A stretch of 64,000 nucleotides of DNA from Deltaproteobacteria bacterium (GCA_026417175.1 JAOADT010000006.1:5031-69030), one strand, 5' to 3'. Counted from the first letter of the stretch, positions 1 to 12,399 are shown. The notes: generated by a model not told the origin, from the letters alone. Made by a program: numbers and translations.

Positions 1-512
1 TTGGGCAAGATTCAATAAAAAGGGGTATTCAAGCTTCTATACTTGGTGCGATACTTGTCATCGGATTCATGATTTTTTATTACAGAGGTTCGGGGATAAT
101 AGCTAACATTGCACTTTTACTGAACATGTTGTATCTTCTCGGAGCTTTTAGTGCTCTTAAGGCTACCCTTACCTTACCGGGTATAGCAGGAATAATCCTC
201 ACAATTGGTATGGGGGTTGATACTAACGTACTAATATTCGAAAGAATAAGAGAAGAATTGAGGCTTGGAAAAACTCCTCGTGCAGCAATAGACAGCGGTT
301 ACGAAAAGGCCTGGGTCACGATTTTTGATTCCCACATAACTACACTGATTACTACATTTATTCTTTTCATATTTGGTACAGGTCCCATAAGGGGCTTTGC
401 AGTCACGTTAAGTATAGGAATTATAATTAACCTCTTTACAGCTGTTTTCGGTTCAAAAGCTATTTTTGACTGGATCATTCTTAAATATAGACCAAGGAGT
501 TTAAGTATTTAA
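1..512 (+). CDS. secD: Protein translocase subunit SecD, C-terminal part (5' truncated by window edge; frame starts at nt 3)
   Basis: Open frame runs from the window start. Multi-TM C-terminus ([26 protein letters not shown]) is typical of the SecD/SecF RND-like domain. Stop overlaps the secF ATG by 1 nt. Confidence 0.85.
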   Translation, partial: GQDSIKRGIQASILGAILVIGFMIFYYRGSGIIANIALLLNMLYLLGAFSALKATLTLPGIAGIILTIGMGVDTNVLIFERIREELRLGKTPRAAIDSGYEKAWVTIFDSHITTLITTFILFIFGTGPIRGFAVTLSIGIIINLFTAVFGSKAIFDWIILKYRPRSLSI

Positions 513-1420
513 TGAGATTTTTTGAGATAGTTAAAAATCCAAATTTTGATTTCCTTGCAAAAAAGAATCAAGCATTTGTTCTTTCCCTTTTTTTTGTGAT
601 TTTGGGATTTTATTCATTTCTAATGATTACTTTTGGAAGAGCCAACATGAGTGTAGATTTTACTGGTGGCGTACATGTACATGTAAGGTTTACGAAAGAT
701 GTAGATATAGGTGAATTGAGAAGGATCCTTAAAGAAGGGGGTATGGAAAAAGCAGAGATTCAAGAAGTAAGGGGAACCAGGGACTTTTTCATAAAAACCA
801 AGCTTGAGAATCATGATCCGAATGTAGTGAGTGAAAAAGTCACAAAAATCTTGAAATCAAGTTTTGGAGACCAGAAATTCCAGTTATTGGCCATCACAAC
901 AGTGGGTCCCTCAGTGGGAAAAGAACTGAAAAAGAATGCCATAGTTGCAATTGTAGTAGCTGTAATATGTATTATCATTTACATTGCTTGGAGATTCACG
1001 CTCATCTTTGGAGTGGCTGCAACTATAGCTACTTTTCATGATGTTTTGGCTGTCCTCGGTATATTTTACTTACTGGGAAAGGAGATCAATATTCTTCTTA
1101 TCACAGCCTTATTAACTATTGCTGGTTATTCTCTCACAGATACAATTGTTGTCTTTGATCGGATACGGGAAAACATGTCAAAGCTGAAAACAAAGATGGA
1201 TTTCTCTGATATAATCAACAGAAGTATAAATGAAGTCCTATCCAGGACTCTCATAACGTCAATAACTACTCTCCTCGCGATTGCGGCAATCCTTATACTT
1301 GGCGGGCCTGTTCTTTTCGACTTTTCTCTGGCATTGTTTATAGGAGTTGTAGTTGGAACCTATTCTTCAATATTTGTGGCAAGCCCCCTGGTCTTCGTTT
1401 GGAGAAAACGAATCAGCTAA
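512..1420 (+). CDS. secF: Protein translocase subunit SecF
   Basis: 302 aa. N-terminal TM, periplasmic loop, then C-terminal TM bundle with GYSLTDTIVVFDRIREN motif. Directly follows secD. Confidence 0.9.
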   Translation: MRFFEIVKNPNFDFLAKKNQAFVLSLFFVILGFYSFLMITFGRANMSVDFTGGVHVHVRFTKDVDIGELRRILKEGGMEKAEIQEVRGTRDFFIKTKLENHDPNVVSEKVTKILKSSFGDQKFQLLAITTVGPSVGKELKKNAIVAIVVAVICIIIYIAWRFTLIFGVAATIATFHDVLAVLGIFYLLGKEINILLITALLTIAGYSLTDTIVVFDRIRENMSKLKTKMDFSDIINRSINEVLSRTLITSITTLLAIAAILILGGPVLFDFSLALFIGVVVGTYSSIFVASPLVFVWRKRIS

Positions 1421-1424
1421 AGGT

Positions 1425-2693
1425 TTACTGAATTTTAGAAAGCCCGTGCATGTAAGGTCTTAATACTTCGGGAACGATGATACTACCATCTTCAGTTTGA
1501 TAGTTCTCCATTATTGCCATAACCGTTCTTCCCACCGCCAGTCCTGATCCATTAAGGGTATGAACAAGCTCTACTTTACCGTTCTTTTTTCTATACCTTA
1601 TCCTTGCACGTCTCGCCTGAAAATCTTCAAAGTTGCTACAAGAGGAAATTTCCCTGTATACGTTCTGGCCAGGAAGCCAGACCTCAATATCATAGGTTTT
1701 TGAGGCCGAAAAACCAAGATCACCTGTACAGAGCAGAGAAACTCTGTAATGTATGTTCAATTTCTTTAATACGTTCTCTGCATCCAAAAGCAATGTCTCA
1801 AGCTCATCGTAAGACTCTTCTGGTTTTGCTAACTTTACCAGTTCAACCTTGTTGAACTGGTGCTGTCTTGTGAGTCCTCTCGTGTCTTTTCCGTGTGCTC
1901 CGGCTTCTTTTCTGAAGCAAGGAGTGTAAGAACAAAACTTTATTGGTAGATCTTCTTCCCTTAATATCTCATCACTAAATATATTTGTTACAGGGACTTC
2001 CGCCGTTGGTATTAAAAAGTAATCTATTCCTTCCAGTTTGAAAAGATCTTCCTCGAATTTAGGTAGTTGTCCTGTACCTGTCATAGTTTGGCGATTCACT
2101 ATAAATGGCGGTAAAACTTCCACATAACCATGTTCACGTGTATGAAGGTCAAGCATAAAGTTTATTAGTGCTCTCTCTAGTAAAGCCCCATAAGATTTGT
2201 AAAGGGTAAACCTAGATCCTGCCAATTTTGCCGCCCTTCTAAAATCAAGAATATCCAATTTTTCCCCTAGCTCCCAATGAGGCAGGGGTTTGAAGTTAAA
2301 TAAAGGTTTTTCTCCCCATACTTTCACAACCTTGTTATCATTTGCATCTTTTCCAATGGGTACCGAATCATGAGGAATATTAGGAATACATAGAAGGAGG
2401 TACTCCCACTCCCTTTCCACTTCTCTTAATGTCTTCTCTGCCTCTTCAATCTCCTGTCCAAGGGATCTAAGATACTCAATTCTTTCGTTCGATTGAACGC
2501 CTTGTTTTTTAAGCATGGCAATTTCATCCGAGAGTTTGTTTCTCTCACTTTTTTTTCGCTCTACCTCTTGAATCAAAAACCTTCTCTTTTCATCCAAATC
2601 AAAAATTCTTTCTAGATCGATAGAGGTACCTCTTTTTCTTACGCTTTCAAGAATAATCTGTTTTCCCTCTCTTAAAAGTTTTGGATTTATCAT
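1425..2693 (-). CDS. serS: Seryl-tRNA synthetase
   Basis: 422 aa. N-terminal coiled-coil arm, then class II core ([30 protein letters not shown]). Confidence 0.95.
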   Translation of the reverse strand: MINPKLLREGKQIILESVRKRGTSIDLERIFDLDEKRRFLIQEVERKKSERNKLSDEIAMLKKQGVQSNERIEYLRSLGQEIEEAEKTLREVEREWEYLLLCIPNIPHDSVPIGKDANDNKVVKVWGEKPLFNFKPLPHWELGEKLDILDFRRAAKLAGSRFTLYKSYGALLERALINFMLDLHTREHGYVEVLPPFIVNRQTMTGTGQLPKFEEDLFKLEGIDYFLIPTAEVPVTNIFSDEILREEDLPIKFCSYTPCFRKEAGAHGKDTRGLTRQHQFNKVELVKLAKPEESYDELETLLLDAENVLKKLNIHYRVSLLCTGDLGFSASKTYDIEVWLPGQNVYREISSCSNFEDFQARRARIRYRKKNGKVELVHTLNGSGLAVGRTVMAIMENYQTEDGSIIVPEVLRPYMHGLSKIQ

Positions 2694-3214
2694 TCTTCCT
2701 CCACAATTTCTTCATTGAAGTCTAAAGGCAGATAAGTATATAGTACACCACCAAAAGTCTGGAGGGCTTCTCCTTCTATTAAAAGTTGAACCCTACTAAA
2801 CTTCTTTAGATTGGCAAGGAAAGTGTTAACAATGCTGTAGACCACCAGAACTTCAGAAAAATCTTTTTGACATTCAATCAAATCCTTCGAAAAATTAAGG
2901 TACAGAGTGCCCTCGTCATCGCCAGCAAAATGAAGAAGTCGAGTCTCACGGGGAATAACATTAAACTCTTTAAGTTTTTCTATAAGCGCTTTTGCCATCT
3001 CGAAGGAATCTTTAAAATCCTTTATCATAGTAGTTTTTTGCTCTAAAAGATCGTCAGAAGAAGGAACGTATAGAATTATCCTAGGTTCTATCTGAGGGAC
3101 GGCTTCCTTTAGGTTATTGTTTTTCTGACTTTTCGATATAGAAATGTATACGAAGGCCGAAACCACTGGTACTAATACTAGTAATCCGATGAGTACTTTA
3201 TGCTTTGAACTCAT
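2690..3214 (-). CDS. Membrane-anchored GerMN-like domain protein
   Basis: 174 aa. N-terminal TM/signal anchor, then a pattern resembling GerMN domains (LYLNFSKD...[10 protein letters not shown]). Overlaps the serS start by 4 nt. Confidence 0.45.
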   Translation of the reverse strand: MSSKHKVLIGLLVLVPVVSAFVYISISKSQKNNNLKEAVPQIEPRIILYVPSSDDLLEQKTTMIKDFKDSFEMAKALIEKLKEFNVIPRETRLLHFAGDDEGTLYLNFSKDLIECQKDFSEVLVVYSIVNTFLANLKKFSRVQLLIEGEALQTFGGVLYTYLPLDFNEEIVEEE

Positions 3215-3226
3215 GGGATTTCATAT

Positions 3227-3778
3227 TTATGAGTTTTGAAACTCCTTTAAGAACTCGTGAGAGCTCATAACCCTAAGAAGGGGGAAGACCGCAGTTGAAC
3301 GGTAGAGTTCCACTACCTTTCTGTGAATCTCTTCCTTATAGGCAGTGCTCAGATCTTCCATGATAATTGTAAAAAAATCGTGACATATCGCATCAAATGC
3401 GGTAGCTAAAACGCAAAAATGTGTGTTTATTCCACAGACTAATACAGTATCCACACCTAAGGTTCTCAAGGTTTGATCTAAATCAGTTTTAAAAAAGGCA
3501 CTGAATCTCCTCTTTTCTAATATTATATCTCCCCTTTCTACCCCGAGAGCGGGATAGGGCTTCGTCTCATCAGTCCCTCTTATGGCATGTTTTTTCATTC
3601 TTCCTTTAAATATGAAATCTTCTTCCAAAAAACTGTCACAAGCAAACACTATCGGTACGGAAAACTCTCTCATTTTTTTTAGGAAAACCCTAAGTGGCTC
3701 GACAATCTTTTGTTCCTCACCGTTTTTTTTTGCCAAGTTGGCGATAATCATGTCGACTACTATTACTGCCGGTTTCAT
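3227..3778 (-). CDS. Isochorismatase-family cysteine hydrolase (nicotinamidase-like)
   Basis: 183 aa. AVIVVDM start and CGINTHFCVLATAFDA catalytic-Cys region are typical of the family. Confidence 0.75.
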   Translation of the reverse strand: MKPAVIVVDMIIANLAKKNGEEQKIVEPLRVFLKKMREFSVPIVFACDSFLEEDFIFKGRMKKHAIRGTDETKPYPALGVERGDIILEKRRFSAFFKTDLDQTLRTLGVDTVLVCGINTHFCVLATAFDAICHDFFTIIMEDLSTAYKEEIHRKVVELYRSTAVFPLLRVMSSHEFLKEFQNS

Positions 3779-4551
3779 GTCTCAATCTCCTTTAGAAAAA
3801 GATTTCGAAAATTATTGAGAACCACTTGAGACATATCTAAAACTGAAATACGTTTTATTTGTGCCACTTTCTCTAGAGTATACTTAACATAGTAGGGCAA
3901 GTTTCTCTTCCCCTTTTTTGGACTGGGGGTCAAAAACGGAGCATCTGTCTCAACTAGCAACCTATTAAGCGGTACATATCTCACTACGTCTACTAAACTT
4001 CCGTTTTTTCTATAAGTCACTATTCCAGGTATAGATATGTAAAAACCTCTATCTAAAAATCTTTTTGCTTCTTCTTTACCGTAGGAGAAACAGTGGATCA
4101 CACCTCCCTTTCCACCCTTAAAGGCCGCATCAATAATATCTATAGTCTCTGATGCAGAACTTCGGGTATGAACGATGACTGGCTTGCCCTGTGCCTTTGC
4201 AAATTCGAGCTGGGAAAAAAAAGCTTCTTTCTGCACTGAAGGGGGTGAATAGTTCTTGTAAAAATCAAGCCCTATCTCACCATAGGCGACTATCTTTTTA
4301 TGACTTACGAGTTCTTCCATTTCATTTAATGACAACTCTTTCCAATGTACACTCGAATGAGGATGAACCCCGATAGCACCGAAAATAAAATCGTATTTAT
4401 AAATAATCTCTAATACTTTATCAAAGTACCTTTTCTCGGTCCCGACAGTTAAAATATATTTCAACCCCTCATTTTTTGCTTGAAAAACTATCTCATCTCT
4501 GTCAATATCAAAATCTTCAAGCTCCAAGTGACAATGTGAATCTACGAACAT
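3775..4551 (-). CDS. tatD: TatD-family metal-dependent hydrolase/DNase
   Basis: 258 aa. MFVDSHCHL start, GEIGLDF motif, and VETDAPFLTP near the C-terminus. Confidence 0.9.
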   Translation of the reverse strand: MFVDSHCHLELEDFDIDRDEIVFQAKNEGLKYILTVGTEKRYFDKVLEIIYKYDFIFGAIGVHPHSSVHWKELSLNEMEELVSHKKIVAYGEIGLDFYKNYSPPSVQKEAFFSQLEFAKAQGKPVIVHTRSSASETIDIIDAAFKGGKGGVIHCFSYGKEEAKRFLDRGFYISIPGIVTYRKNGSLVDVVRYVPLNRLLVETDAPFLTPSPKKGKRNLPYYVKYTLEKVAQIKRISVLDMSQVVLNNFRNLFLKEIET

Positions 4552-4639
4552 AATGATAGTTATAATATAACTCTCCGGAGCTTAAGTGTCACTATTTTTC
4601 TATAGACATAACCCCTGATTATAAGGCATAAATTAAGCT

Positions 4640-5587
4640 ATGCCCCTAAATGACATCCTTACCGACGGACCGAAACTCATAATGGTTGGAGGAAAAGGTG
4701 GCGTGGGTAAAACAACCTGCGCCTCTGCAATAGCTCTTGAAGCGGCAACGCAAAAAAGAAGGGTCTTAATTATTTCAAGTGATCCTACACCTTCTCTTTC
4801 AGATATCTTTGAACTCCACATTGGAAGCACAGAGAAGAGAATTTTAAGAGACTTAGACCTTTACGGCCTAGAAATATCATCAGATGTGATTTTGAATAAA
4901 TGGAAAGACACGTTTGGAGATGAAATATACGAGGTAATATCTTCTTTTGCAAACGTGGAATATGACTTTGTTGACTATATAGGAACAGCACCAGGAATAG
5001 AGGAAGAGTACATGTTACATTTTATTATCGAACTTGTGGAAGCTTCAAAATATGATCTAGTGGTATGGGACACGGCACCTGCAGGTCATACACTTAAACT
5101 CCTCAAGTTACCCCAACTATTCTTAAAACATATGGAAGCTGCAACGAAATTCTACATGAATCTTTATAGTTACTTTGAAAAAATCAAGGATGCCATAAGA
5201 CTTAAGGAATCAAAAAAGACACTGCTAGAAATAATAGCAAGTTGGGAAAAATTAGCCGAAAAGATAGTCTCTTTCATAAGGGATACAAAAAAAACGCGAT
5301 ATGTGATTGTAACAATTCCGGAAGCCCTTGGTGTTTCACTGACAGAAAGGGTTATCCGAGAATTCCGCGAAAATGGGCTCTCAGTTGACTACATTATTAT
5401 CAATAATGTCATCAGAGAGGCTGATTGTGAGTTCCATAAAATTCGGAAGAAAATGCAGGAAAGTTATATAAGAATGCTGGCGGAGAGATATTCATATATC
5501 AAATTAGTTGAGCTACCTCTCTTCCCGGAGGAGGTAAAAGGCTACAGAAAGATAGAAAAAATATGTAAGCTACTTTTTCCAAAATAA
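4640..5587 (+). CDS. ArsA/GET3-family P-loop ATPase
   Basis: 315 aa. Deviant Walker A GGKGGVGKTT and DTAPAGHTLKLL switch motif. Confidence 0.8.
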   Translation: MPLNDILTDGPKLIMVGGKGGVGKTTCASAIALEAATQKRRVLIISSDPTPSLSDIFELHIGSTEKRILRDLDLYGLEISSDVILNKWKDTFGDEIYEVISSFANVEYDFVDYIGTAPGIEEEYMLHFIIELVEASKYDLVVWDTAPAGHTLKLLKLPQLFLKHMEAATKFYMNLYSYFEKIKDAIRLKESKKTLLEIIASWEKLAEKIVSFIRDTKKTRYVIVTIPEALGVSLTERVIREFRENGLSVDYIIINNVIREADCEFHKIRKKMQESYIRMLAERYSYIKLVELPLFPEEVKGYRKIEKICKLLFPK

Positions 5588-5597
5588 CCTAACCAGA

Positions 5598-6155
5598 GTG
5601 GGGCTAAAGATTACAGGTGGGATTTATAAAGGAAGAGAGCTTAAGATTTTAAATCTCAAGGCTGTTCGTTATACTTCTTCAAAGGTAAGAGAGTCAGTAT
5701 TTAACATGGTAGGGGACGTAACAGGGTTTGAGATTCTAGAACTTTTTGCCGGCTCAGGAATTTTCTCTTTGGAAGCCATAAGTAGAGGGGCAAAACTTGT
5801 GAGCTTAGTCGAGAAGAATGATAGAATGATAGACCTCATTAAGAAAAATGTAGAGCTTTTAGGGGTAAGTGACAGGTGTCGTATAATGAAATTTGACGTA
5901 AAAAAAGCCATACCTTTTCTTTATGAAAGGAAGAATAAGTATGATATAATTTTTTTGGATCCTCCTTACGATAAGGGTTACGTGAATGGAACTCTCATGA
6001 TGCTTAAAAGGTATCCTTTACACAGAGAGGGTGGAATAATTATCATTGAACATTCAAAGAGGGAAAAGCCTGAATGGTCTTGTTATGGTGAACTATTAAC
6101 AAGGAAATATGGAGACACCTGTGTAACACTAATCTGGATGAAAGGAGCAAACTAA
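5598..6155 (+). CDS. rsmD: 16S rRNA (guanine966-N2)-methyltransferase RsmD
   Basis: 185 aa, GTG start. SAM motif LELFAGSG and DPPY motif. Immediately upstream of coaD, the usual arrangement. Confidence 0.85.
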   Translation: MGLKITGGIYKGRELKILNLKAVRYTSSKVRESVFNMVGDVTGFEILELFAGSGIFSLEAISRGAKLVSLVEKNDRMIDLIKKNVELLGVSDRCRIMKFDVKKAIPFLYERKNKYDIIFLDPPYDKGYVNGTLMMLKRYPLHREGGIIIIEHSKREKPEWSCYGELLTRKYGDTCVTLIWMKGAN

Positions 6156-6647
6156 ATGTCAAAGAGGATAGCCGTATATCCAGGTTCCTTCGATCCAATA
6201 ACATACGGACACTTAGATATACTTTACCGTGGGTTGAGGATATTTGACAAAATCATCATCGCAATAGCCAGGAACATCGAAAAGAAAGCTTTATTCACCG
6301 TAGAGGAAAGGATGGAGATGATAAGGGAAGTTTTAGAAGATCAGAAAAACGTATTGATAGACAGCTTTGATGGGTTACTTGTTGATTACATTAAAAAGGT
6401 GAAGGCAAACTTCGTAATAAGAGGATTAAGGGCTATGAGTGATTTTGAGTACGAATTTCAGATGGCTTCAGTCAACAGAACATTAAACCAAACAATGGAC
6501 ACTATATTTATGATGACAAGTAAGGACTTTTTCTTTGTGAGTTCAAGAACAGTAAAAGAGGTGGCTTCATTTGGTGGTTCTGTTAAAGAGTTCGTTCCTC
6601 CCAATGTAGAGAAAAGATTGAAAGAGAAGTTTAAGGTTCAACCATGA
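6156..6647 (+). CDS. coaD: Phosphopantetheine adenylyltransferase
   Basis: 163 aa. YPGSFDPITYGHLDI (HxGH-class nucleotidyltransferase). Confidence 0.95.
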   Translation: MSKRIAVYPGSFDPITYGHLDILYRGLRIFDKIIIAIARNIEKKALFTVEERMEMIREVLEDQKNVLIDSFDGLLVDYIKKVKANFVIRGLRAMSDFEYEFQMASVNRTLNQTMDTIFMMTSKDFFFVSSRTVKEVASFGGSVKEFVPPNVEKRLKEKFKVQP

Positions 6648-7942
6648 AAAGATTATTCTTTTTTACCTTATGTTTTTCAATTTTGATAGTTCCGTTATTA
6701 GGTGCCCAAAAGGTACATTCAAAAGAAATATACCAGATAAAAATACAGGGGGTGATCAATCCTCCTATTGCGGGGTTCATAAAAGAAGCTTTAGAAAATG
6801 TAGAAAAAAAAGACGCTGAAGCACTAATTATCCTTCTAGATACACCTGGAGGACTTGATACCTCTATGAGGGAGATTGTAAAGTCCATCATGGATTCATC
6901 TGTGCCTGTTGTGGTTTACGTTGCTCCCTCTGGAGCTCGGGCAGCCTCTGCAGGAGCTATAATTCTTCTTTCGGCCCATATCGCTGCAATGGCACCCGGA
7001 ACGAATGTCGGGGCAGCTCATCCGGTCACTATTGGAAAAGAAAAAGTGGATAAAGAAATGATGAAAAAGGTTGTAAAAGACGCTGAAGCCTATGCTAGAA
7101 GTATTGCTATCAAAAGAAAAAGAAATGTGGATTGGGCATCAAAAGCTGTAAAAGAAAGTGCATCCGTTACCGCTGATGAAGCCTTGAAAAATAACGTTAT
7201 AGACATTGTTGCGAACGACATGGAAGAGTTACTGGGTAAAATGGATGGTAAAGTGGTAGAAACAAGAACAGGAAAAAAAACCCTTAACACGAAAGCAAAG
7301 AAGGTTACCGAATTAGAGATGCCTTTCAAATTCAAGTTTTTGTCGTATATAAGCGACCCGAACGTCGCCTATATTCTAATGATGATCGGACTGTATGGAA
7401 TTCTATTTGAAATTTATAATCCCGGGTCTATCTTTCCCGGAGTAATAGGAGGAATATGTTTAATCCTTGCCTTGTATTCCTTCCAGGCTCTGCCCATAAG
7501 TTATGCAGGGATATTTCTCATCATTCTAGGCATTATTTTTTTTATACTCGAATTGAAAATAGTAAGCCATGGGCTTTTGGCGATTGCAGGAATAATATCT
7601 ATAGTACTTGGGTCTATAATGCTTATTGACATACCCTCAAGTGTTCTTTCTATTTCTTGGAAATCAATTCTTGCTGTAGCTCTAATGTCAGCGATTTTCT
7701 TTTTAGGCATCCTGTCTTATGCAGTTAAAGCTCAGTTTTCAAAGGTAAAAACCGGAAAGGAGGCTCTAATAGGTGAAGAAGGGGTTGCCAAAACGGACGT
7801 TTATACTGATGGTAAGGTTGTGGTTCAAGGAGAAATATGGAATGCAAAAAGTGATGACCCTATAAAGGCTGGAGAGATAATTGAGGTAGTGAAAGTAGAG
7901 GGCCTTGTTTTAAAAGTAAAAAAGAAGGAGGTAAATTTATGA
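6644..7942 (+). CDS. NfeD-family membrane-bound ClpP-class serine protease
   Basis: 432 aa. Signal peptide, ClpP-like N-domain ([18 protein letters not shown]), 4-5 TM helices, and a C-terminal OB-like NfeD domain. Overlaps the downstream SPFH gene by 4 nt. Confidence 0.85.
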   Translation: MKRLFFFTLCFSILIVPLLGAQKVHSKEIYQIKIQGVINPPIAGFIKEALENVEKKDAEALIILLDTPGGLDTSMREIVKSIMDSSVPVVVYVAPSGARAASAGAIILLSAHIAAMAPGTNVGAAHPVTIGKEKVDKEMMKKVVKDAEAYARSIAIKRKRNVDWASKAVKESASVTADEALKNNVIDIVANDMEELLGKMDGKVVETRTGKKTLNTKAKKVTELEMPFKFKFLSYISDPNVAYILMMIGLYGILFEIYNPGSIFPGVIGGICLILALYSFQALPISYAGIFLIILGIIFFILELKIVSHGLLAIAGIISIVLGSIMLIDIPSSVLSISWKSILAVALMSAIFFLGILSYAVKAQFSKVKTGKEALIGEEGVAKTDVYTDGKVVVQGEIWNAKSDDPIKAGEIIEVVKVEGLVLKVKKKEVNL

Positions 7943-8691
7943 TTCCAATTTATGCATTTTTGATTATTATGATCATCTTTATACTTGCAAGTGCCATAAA
8001 AATATTGAATGAGTATGAACGTGGGGTTGTGTTCAGACTTGGTAGGGTGCTAGGGGCTCCTAAGGGTCCTGGCCTTGTGCTTTTAATTCCTGTTATAGAT
8101 AGAATGGTAAGAGTGAGCTTAAGGACTGTTGTTTTGGATGTTCCTCCTCAAGATGTGATAACACGGGATAATATTTCCATAAAAGTAAATGCAGTAGTTT
8201 ACTTTAGGGTTATAGATGCCTTAAAAGCTATAATAAGCGTCGAAAATTATCTTTATGCTACGAGTCAGCTTGCTCAAACTACTCTGAGAAGTGTTCTTGG
8301 ACAGGCAGAGCTTGATGAACTTCTTGCACACAGGGAAAAAATCAATGACAGACTTCAAGAGATACTGGATCAGCATACAGAATCATGGGGTATTAAAGTC
8401 TCAAACGTGGAAGTTAAAAACGTAGACTTGCCACAAGAGATGCTTAGAGCTATAGCAAGACAGGCTGAGGCTGAAAGAGAAAGGAGAGCAAAGATAATAG
8501 GTGCAGAGGGAGAGTATCAGGCGGCAACGAAACTTGCAGAAGCATCTGACATACTTTCCAGGAATCCAATGGCTTTACAACTCAGATACCTTCAGACGTT
8601 AATAGAGATATCAACGGAGAAAAACTCCACTATAATATTCCCGATCCCAATAGACCTGATTAGATCTTTCGTTGAAAAGCCAAAAACATGA
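7939..8691 (+). CDS. SPFH/band-7 (stomatin-like) protein
   Basis: 250 aa. N-terminal [15 protein letters not shown], and [18 protein letters not shown] coiled region. Classic NfeD partner. Confidence 0.9.
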   Translation: MIPIYAFLIIMIIFILASAIKILNEYERGVVFRLGRVLGAPKGPGLVLLIPVIDRMVRVSLRTVVLDVPPQDVITRDNISIKVNAVVYFRVIDALKAIISVENYLYATSQLAQTTLRSVLGQAELDELLAHREKINDRLQEILDQHTESWGIKVSNVEVKNVDLPQEMLRAIARQAEAERERRAKIIGAEGEYQAATKLAEASDILSRNPMALQLRYLQTLIEISTEKNSTIIFPIPIDLIRSFVEKPKT

Positions 8692-9842
8692 GGATCCTCG
8701 TAATTTTCTCTCTGATTTTTTTATTAGTTTCGCAGCTCGCTTACGGGAAACATACAAAAGTAAAGAAGAGACCTGAGAAGCCTTTTAAATCCTTTGTCGT
8801 TGTAGAAGAAAAATCAGGAAAGATTTTGATGTCCGAAAATGAAAAGGAAAAGCGAATCCCTGCAAGTCTTACCAAACTAATGCTTTCCCTTCTGGTACTT
8901 GAGAAACTAGAGGCAAAAGAAATTAGTCTCACAGATAAGGTTACTGTGTCGAAAAAAGCGGCACAAATGGGAGGAAGTCAAGTTTTTTTAAAAGAAGGAG
9001 AGGTTTTCACAGTTGAGGAATTGATGAAGGCAACTCTCGTTGCCTCAGGTAACGACGCAGCGTATGCTTTAGCTGAAAAAATTGCAGGCAGTGCAGAAAA
9101 TTTTGTTCAGCTAATGAATGAAAAAGCTCAGTCTCTTGGCATGAAGGACACGATTTTCAGATCTGTAAGCGGACTCCCTGTATCTAATAGCAATGACACG
9201 GATATCACCACATGTGTTGACATGGCTATACTTGCAAGAAACTTGCTCAAATATCCCAAAATACTAGAATGGACCTCTATAAAAAAGGACACCTTTCGTG
9301 AGGGAAAATTTTTGATGGTAAACCATAACAAGTTACTCTCAAAAATGGATGGTATTGTAGATGGGTTAAAGACAGGTTACCTCAAATCTTCAGGGTACAA
9401 TATAGTTACAACAGCAAAAAAAGATAATTTTAGAGTGATATTAGTGGTTATGGGCAGTCCATCTTGTAGGTCCCGAGACGATTTCGTAATTGATCTTATA
9501 AACCGCGTCTATTCAGAGTGGAAGTTGAAAGATATAGTGAAAAAAGGAGAAGTCGTGAACAAAGACATAATCTTACCGGATGGAAAGTTTAGAAAAATAA
9601 AAGGGGTGGTAGCTCAGACGTTTTTTTACCCTATAAGGAAAAACAACCCAGGTATAGCTGAAAAAGAGATACGACTTCCTGAAAAGTTAAGTGGGGAAGT
9701 AAAAGAGGGCCAAAAACTCGGAGAAATATTAATCAAAATGGATGGAGAGCCCATTGGAAACGTGGATATAGTCTCTCCGGTTTACGTTCCAAAAGCTAAC
9801 CTTTTTACGAGGATTATTAGGCGTGTAGGCCTAAATATTTGA
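8688..9842 (+). CDS. D-alanyl-D-alanine carboxypeptidase (S11, PBP5/6-like)
   Basis: 384 aa. Signal peptide plus SLTK (SxxK), SGN and KTGY motifs. Confidence 0.85.
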   Translation: MRILVIFSLIFLLVSQLAYGKHTKVKKRPEKPFKSFVVVEEKSGKILMSENEKEKRIPASLTKLMLSLLVLEKLEAKEISLTDKVTVSKKAAQMGGSQVFLKEGEVFTVEELMKATLVASGNDAAYALAEKIAGSAENFVQLMNEKAQSLGMKDTIFRSVSGLPVSNSNDTDITTCVDMAILARNLLKYPKILEWTSIKKDTFREGKFLMVNHNKLLSKMDGIVDGLKTGYLKSSGYNIVTTAKKDNFRVILVVMGSPSCRSRDDFVIDLINRVYSEWKLKDIVKKGEVVNKDIILPDGKFRKIKGVVAQTFFYPIRKNNPGIAEKEIRLPEKLSGEVKEGQKLGEILIKMDGEPIGNVDIVSPVYVPKANLFTRIIRRVGLNI

Positions 9843-9851
9843 GGTGAAAGG

Positions 9852-11087
9852 ATGTTTACAACCCTAAGAAATAAGGAAATTATAATAGCCGTAACAGGTG
9901 GGATTGCAGCATATAAAACATGCGAACTTGTAAGGGAACTGACTAGGAGGGGAGCTAGTGTGCATGTGGTTATGACAAAGAACGCCATGCAATTTGTATC
10001 TCCTCTCACATTTCAGACCCTTTCCGGTCACCCAGTGATACATGAAATGTTCGAACTATTTACTGGTTCTAAAATAGGTCACATAGCTCTTTCAGACATA
10101 GCTGATCAAATGGTTATAGTACCGGCAACAGCAAACATCATAGGAAAAATTGCAAATGGTATTGCAGATGATTTCTTAACAACAATGGTAATGGCAACTA
10201 CAGTACCGGTTCTATTTGTGCCATCTATGAATGCAAAAATGTGGGAAAGCAAGATGGTTCAAATGAATATTCAAAAATTGAAGGATGCAGGGTACGAATT
10301 GATGGAACCTGGAGTCGGTGATTTAGCCTGTGGAACAAAAGGGAAGGGAAGATTACCACCCATTCATGAGATTTTGGAAAAAATGGAGGACATTTTCACT
10401 GAAAAGGATCTTTCAAACGAAAGAATAATAGTCACGGCCGGACCTACAGTTGAGTTTATAGACCCTGTGAGATGTATAACTAATAGGTCATCAGGTAAAA
10501 TGGGATATGCCATAGCAAAAATTGCCAAAAGAAGGGGGGCAGAAGTCATTTTGATAAGTGGAATGACCTATCTTCCGCCGCCAAGATCCGATATTCACAT
10601 GGTTCAGGTTCGTACTGCACAAGAAATGAGAGAGGCCATAATGAGACACTTTGAGGATGCTACCGTCATAATAAAAGCAGCAGCAGTTGCCGATTTCAGA
10701 TGCAAAAATGAGAGTACGGTAAAGATAAAGAAAAGTGAAGAAGAAACTTACGTGTTAGAACTTCAGAAAAACCCGGATATCCTAGCTGAACTTGGAAAAA
10801 TTAAAGGACACAGAATACTTGTTGGGTTCGCTGCTGAAACAGAGAATCTTGTTGAAAATGCTTTTGAAAAACTTAAGAAAAAGAATTTGGACATGATCGT
10901 AGCAAACAATGTAGCGAAAGAAGGAATAGGTTTCGGATCCGACAGAAATGAAGTTACCATTATAGAAGCTCATGGTCGAGTAAGACACGTACCAGAAATG
11001 ACCAAGGAGGAAATCGCTAACATCATACTCGATTTTGTAAAACGAATAATGAAAAAGAGAAAGACAACAGAAGATGATTGGCTTTAA
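9852..11087 (+). CDS. coaBC: Bifunctional phosphopantothenoylcysteine decarboxylase / phosphopantothenate-cysteine ligase
   Basis: 411 aa. Flavoprotein N-domain ([22 protein letters not shown]) and CoaB C-domain ([16 protein letters not shown]). Confidence 0.95.
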   Translation: MFTTLRNKEIIIAVTGGIAAYKTCELVRELTRRGASVHVVMTKNAMQFVSPLTFQTLSGHPVIHEMFELFTGSKIGHIALSDIADQMVIVPATANIIGKIANGIADDFLTTMVMATTVPVLFVPSMNAKMWESKMVQMNIQKLKDAGYELMEPGVGDLACGTKGKGRLPPIHEILEKMEDIFTEKDLSNERIIVTAGPTVEFIDPVRCITNRSSGKMGYAIAKIAKRRGAEVILISGMTYLPPPRSDIHMVQVRTAQEMREAIMRHFEDATVIIKAAAVADFRCKNESTVKIKKSEEETYVLELQKNPDILAELGKIKGHRILVGFAAETENLVENAFEKLKKKNLDMIVANNVAKEGIGFGSDRNEVTIIEAHGRVRHVPEMTKEEIANIILDFVKRIMKKRKTTEDDWL

Positions 11088-12399
11088 ATTGATTCTCATT
11101 CCCTTACTTACACAGTTCTTTCTTCCCTTAACATGTCTAGCCAGGGAAACGCCGGTAGTTAAGGTTGTAAGGAGAGTGAGTCCAGCCATTGTAAATATAA
11201 GAACTGAAGAGATAACGAGAGAAGTGCATAATAAAGAAGAAAGTATGCTTAGGAAGTTATTTTCCGAGATTCACGAAGAAGAAGAGGACTTTTACGAAAA
11301 TATTGGCTCAGGCGTCGTTATCCATCCAAGAGGTATAGTTCTTACCAATGAGCACTTAATATCGAAAGCTATAAGTATTAGAGTGAGATTTATTAATGGC
11401 AAGGAGTACGAGGCAGATGTTTTAGGATGCGACCCGGAATTTGATTTGGCCATTCTAAAGATAAGAAATGGTGGTGAATTTCCTTACCTAAAACTAAAAA
11501 AAAGGGATGACCTAATGGTTGGGGAGGACGTCATAGTTATTGGGAACCCGTACGGTCTATCGAGTTCAGTTTCAACAGGGGTTATAAGTGCATTAGGGCG
11601 AAACCTCAGGGTAGAAAACAAAGTTTTTGCCAATCTCATTCAGACAGATGCGGCCATTAATCCTGGAAATAGCGGAGGAGCGCTTCTTGATTTTGAAGGA
11701 AATCTGATTGGAATAGTAACGGCTGTCCTCGGAGAAGGAAAAGGGATAGGTTTTGCAATTCCCTCATCTGACATTGAATATATGATCACAGATCTTTTGG
11801 AGACAAAAAGGGAAAGACCGATCATGGGAATCTTCGTAGAAAAAATTAGGGACGGGCCAAGATTCTCTCTTCTTGTAAAGAAGGTTATTGAAAAGAGTCC
11901 TGCTGAGAAATACGGTCTTCAAAAAGGTGATAGGATTGTTGAGATAAACAATAAAAGATTAAAAGAAGGATTCAAACTAAAAAACATAGCAGATATGTTT
12001 CGCGAGAAAGACCATGTATTGCTTAAGATCTTAAGAGGGGATGAAGAGCACTTTTTAAGGATCCACGTTAAAGATCTCATCAATTTTAAACCGACGAATC
12101 TCGACGAAAGACTCTTGGATATCAGGGTCCTAAATATTAGCCCTTATAGTAAACTTAAATACAAAATCAAAGAGAAAAAAGGCGCCATTGTCTCTAAAGC
12201 TATAAAAGGAGGGATAGGTTACACACTGGGTATAAGAGCAGGCGATCTCATACTCAAGGTCAATAATGTACCAGTAGAATCGAAGGAGGATTTTGAAAGG
12301 TTGATGCTAGAAGGCATCAAAAAGAATTATTTGCTATATCAAATAGTGAGAAACAAATCTACCTTTTTTCTTCCTTTGAAGTTCGAAAATTTGCTATAA
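11074..12399 (+). CDS. HtrA/DegP-family trypsin-like serine protease with PDZ domain(s)
   Basis: 441 aa. Signal peptide and triad context TNEHL / DLAILKI / GNSGGALLD. PDZ-like C-terminal half. Confidence 0.85.
   Translation: MIGFKLILIPLLTQFFLPLTCLARETPVVKVVRRVSPAIVNIRTEEITREVHNKEESMLRKLFSEIHEEEEDFYENIGSGVVIHPRGIVLTNEHLISKAISIRVRFINGKEYEADVLGCDPEFDLAILKIRNGGEFPYLKLKKRDDLMVGEDVIVIGNPYGLSSSVSTGVISALGRNLRVENKVFANLIQTDAAINPGNSGGALLDFEGNLIGIVTAVLGEGKGIGFAIPSSDIEYMITDLLETKRERPIMGIFVEKIRDGPRFSLLVKKVIEKSPAEKYGLQKGDRIVEINNKRLKEGFKLKNIADMFREKDHVLLKILRGDEEHFLRIHVKDLINFKPTNLDERLLDIRVLNISPYSKLKYKIKEKKGAIVSKAIKGGIGYTLGIRAGDLILKVNNVPVESKEDFERLMLEGIKKNYLLYQIVRNKSTFFLPLKFENLL

Noticed and set aside
6644-8691. 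NfeD protease plus SPFH/stomatin operon as a candidate novel membrane system.
   Set aside because: The NfeD-SPFH gene pair is a well-known, widely conserved operon. Nothing unusual in domain order or motifs.
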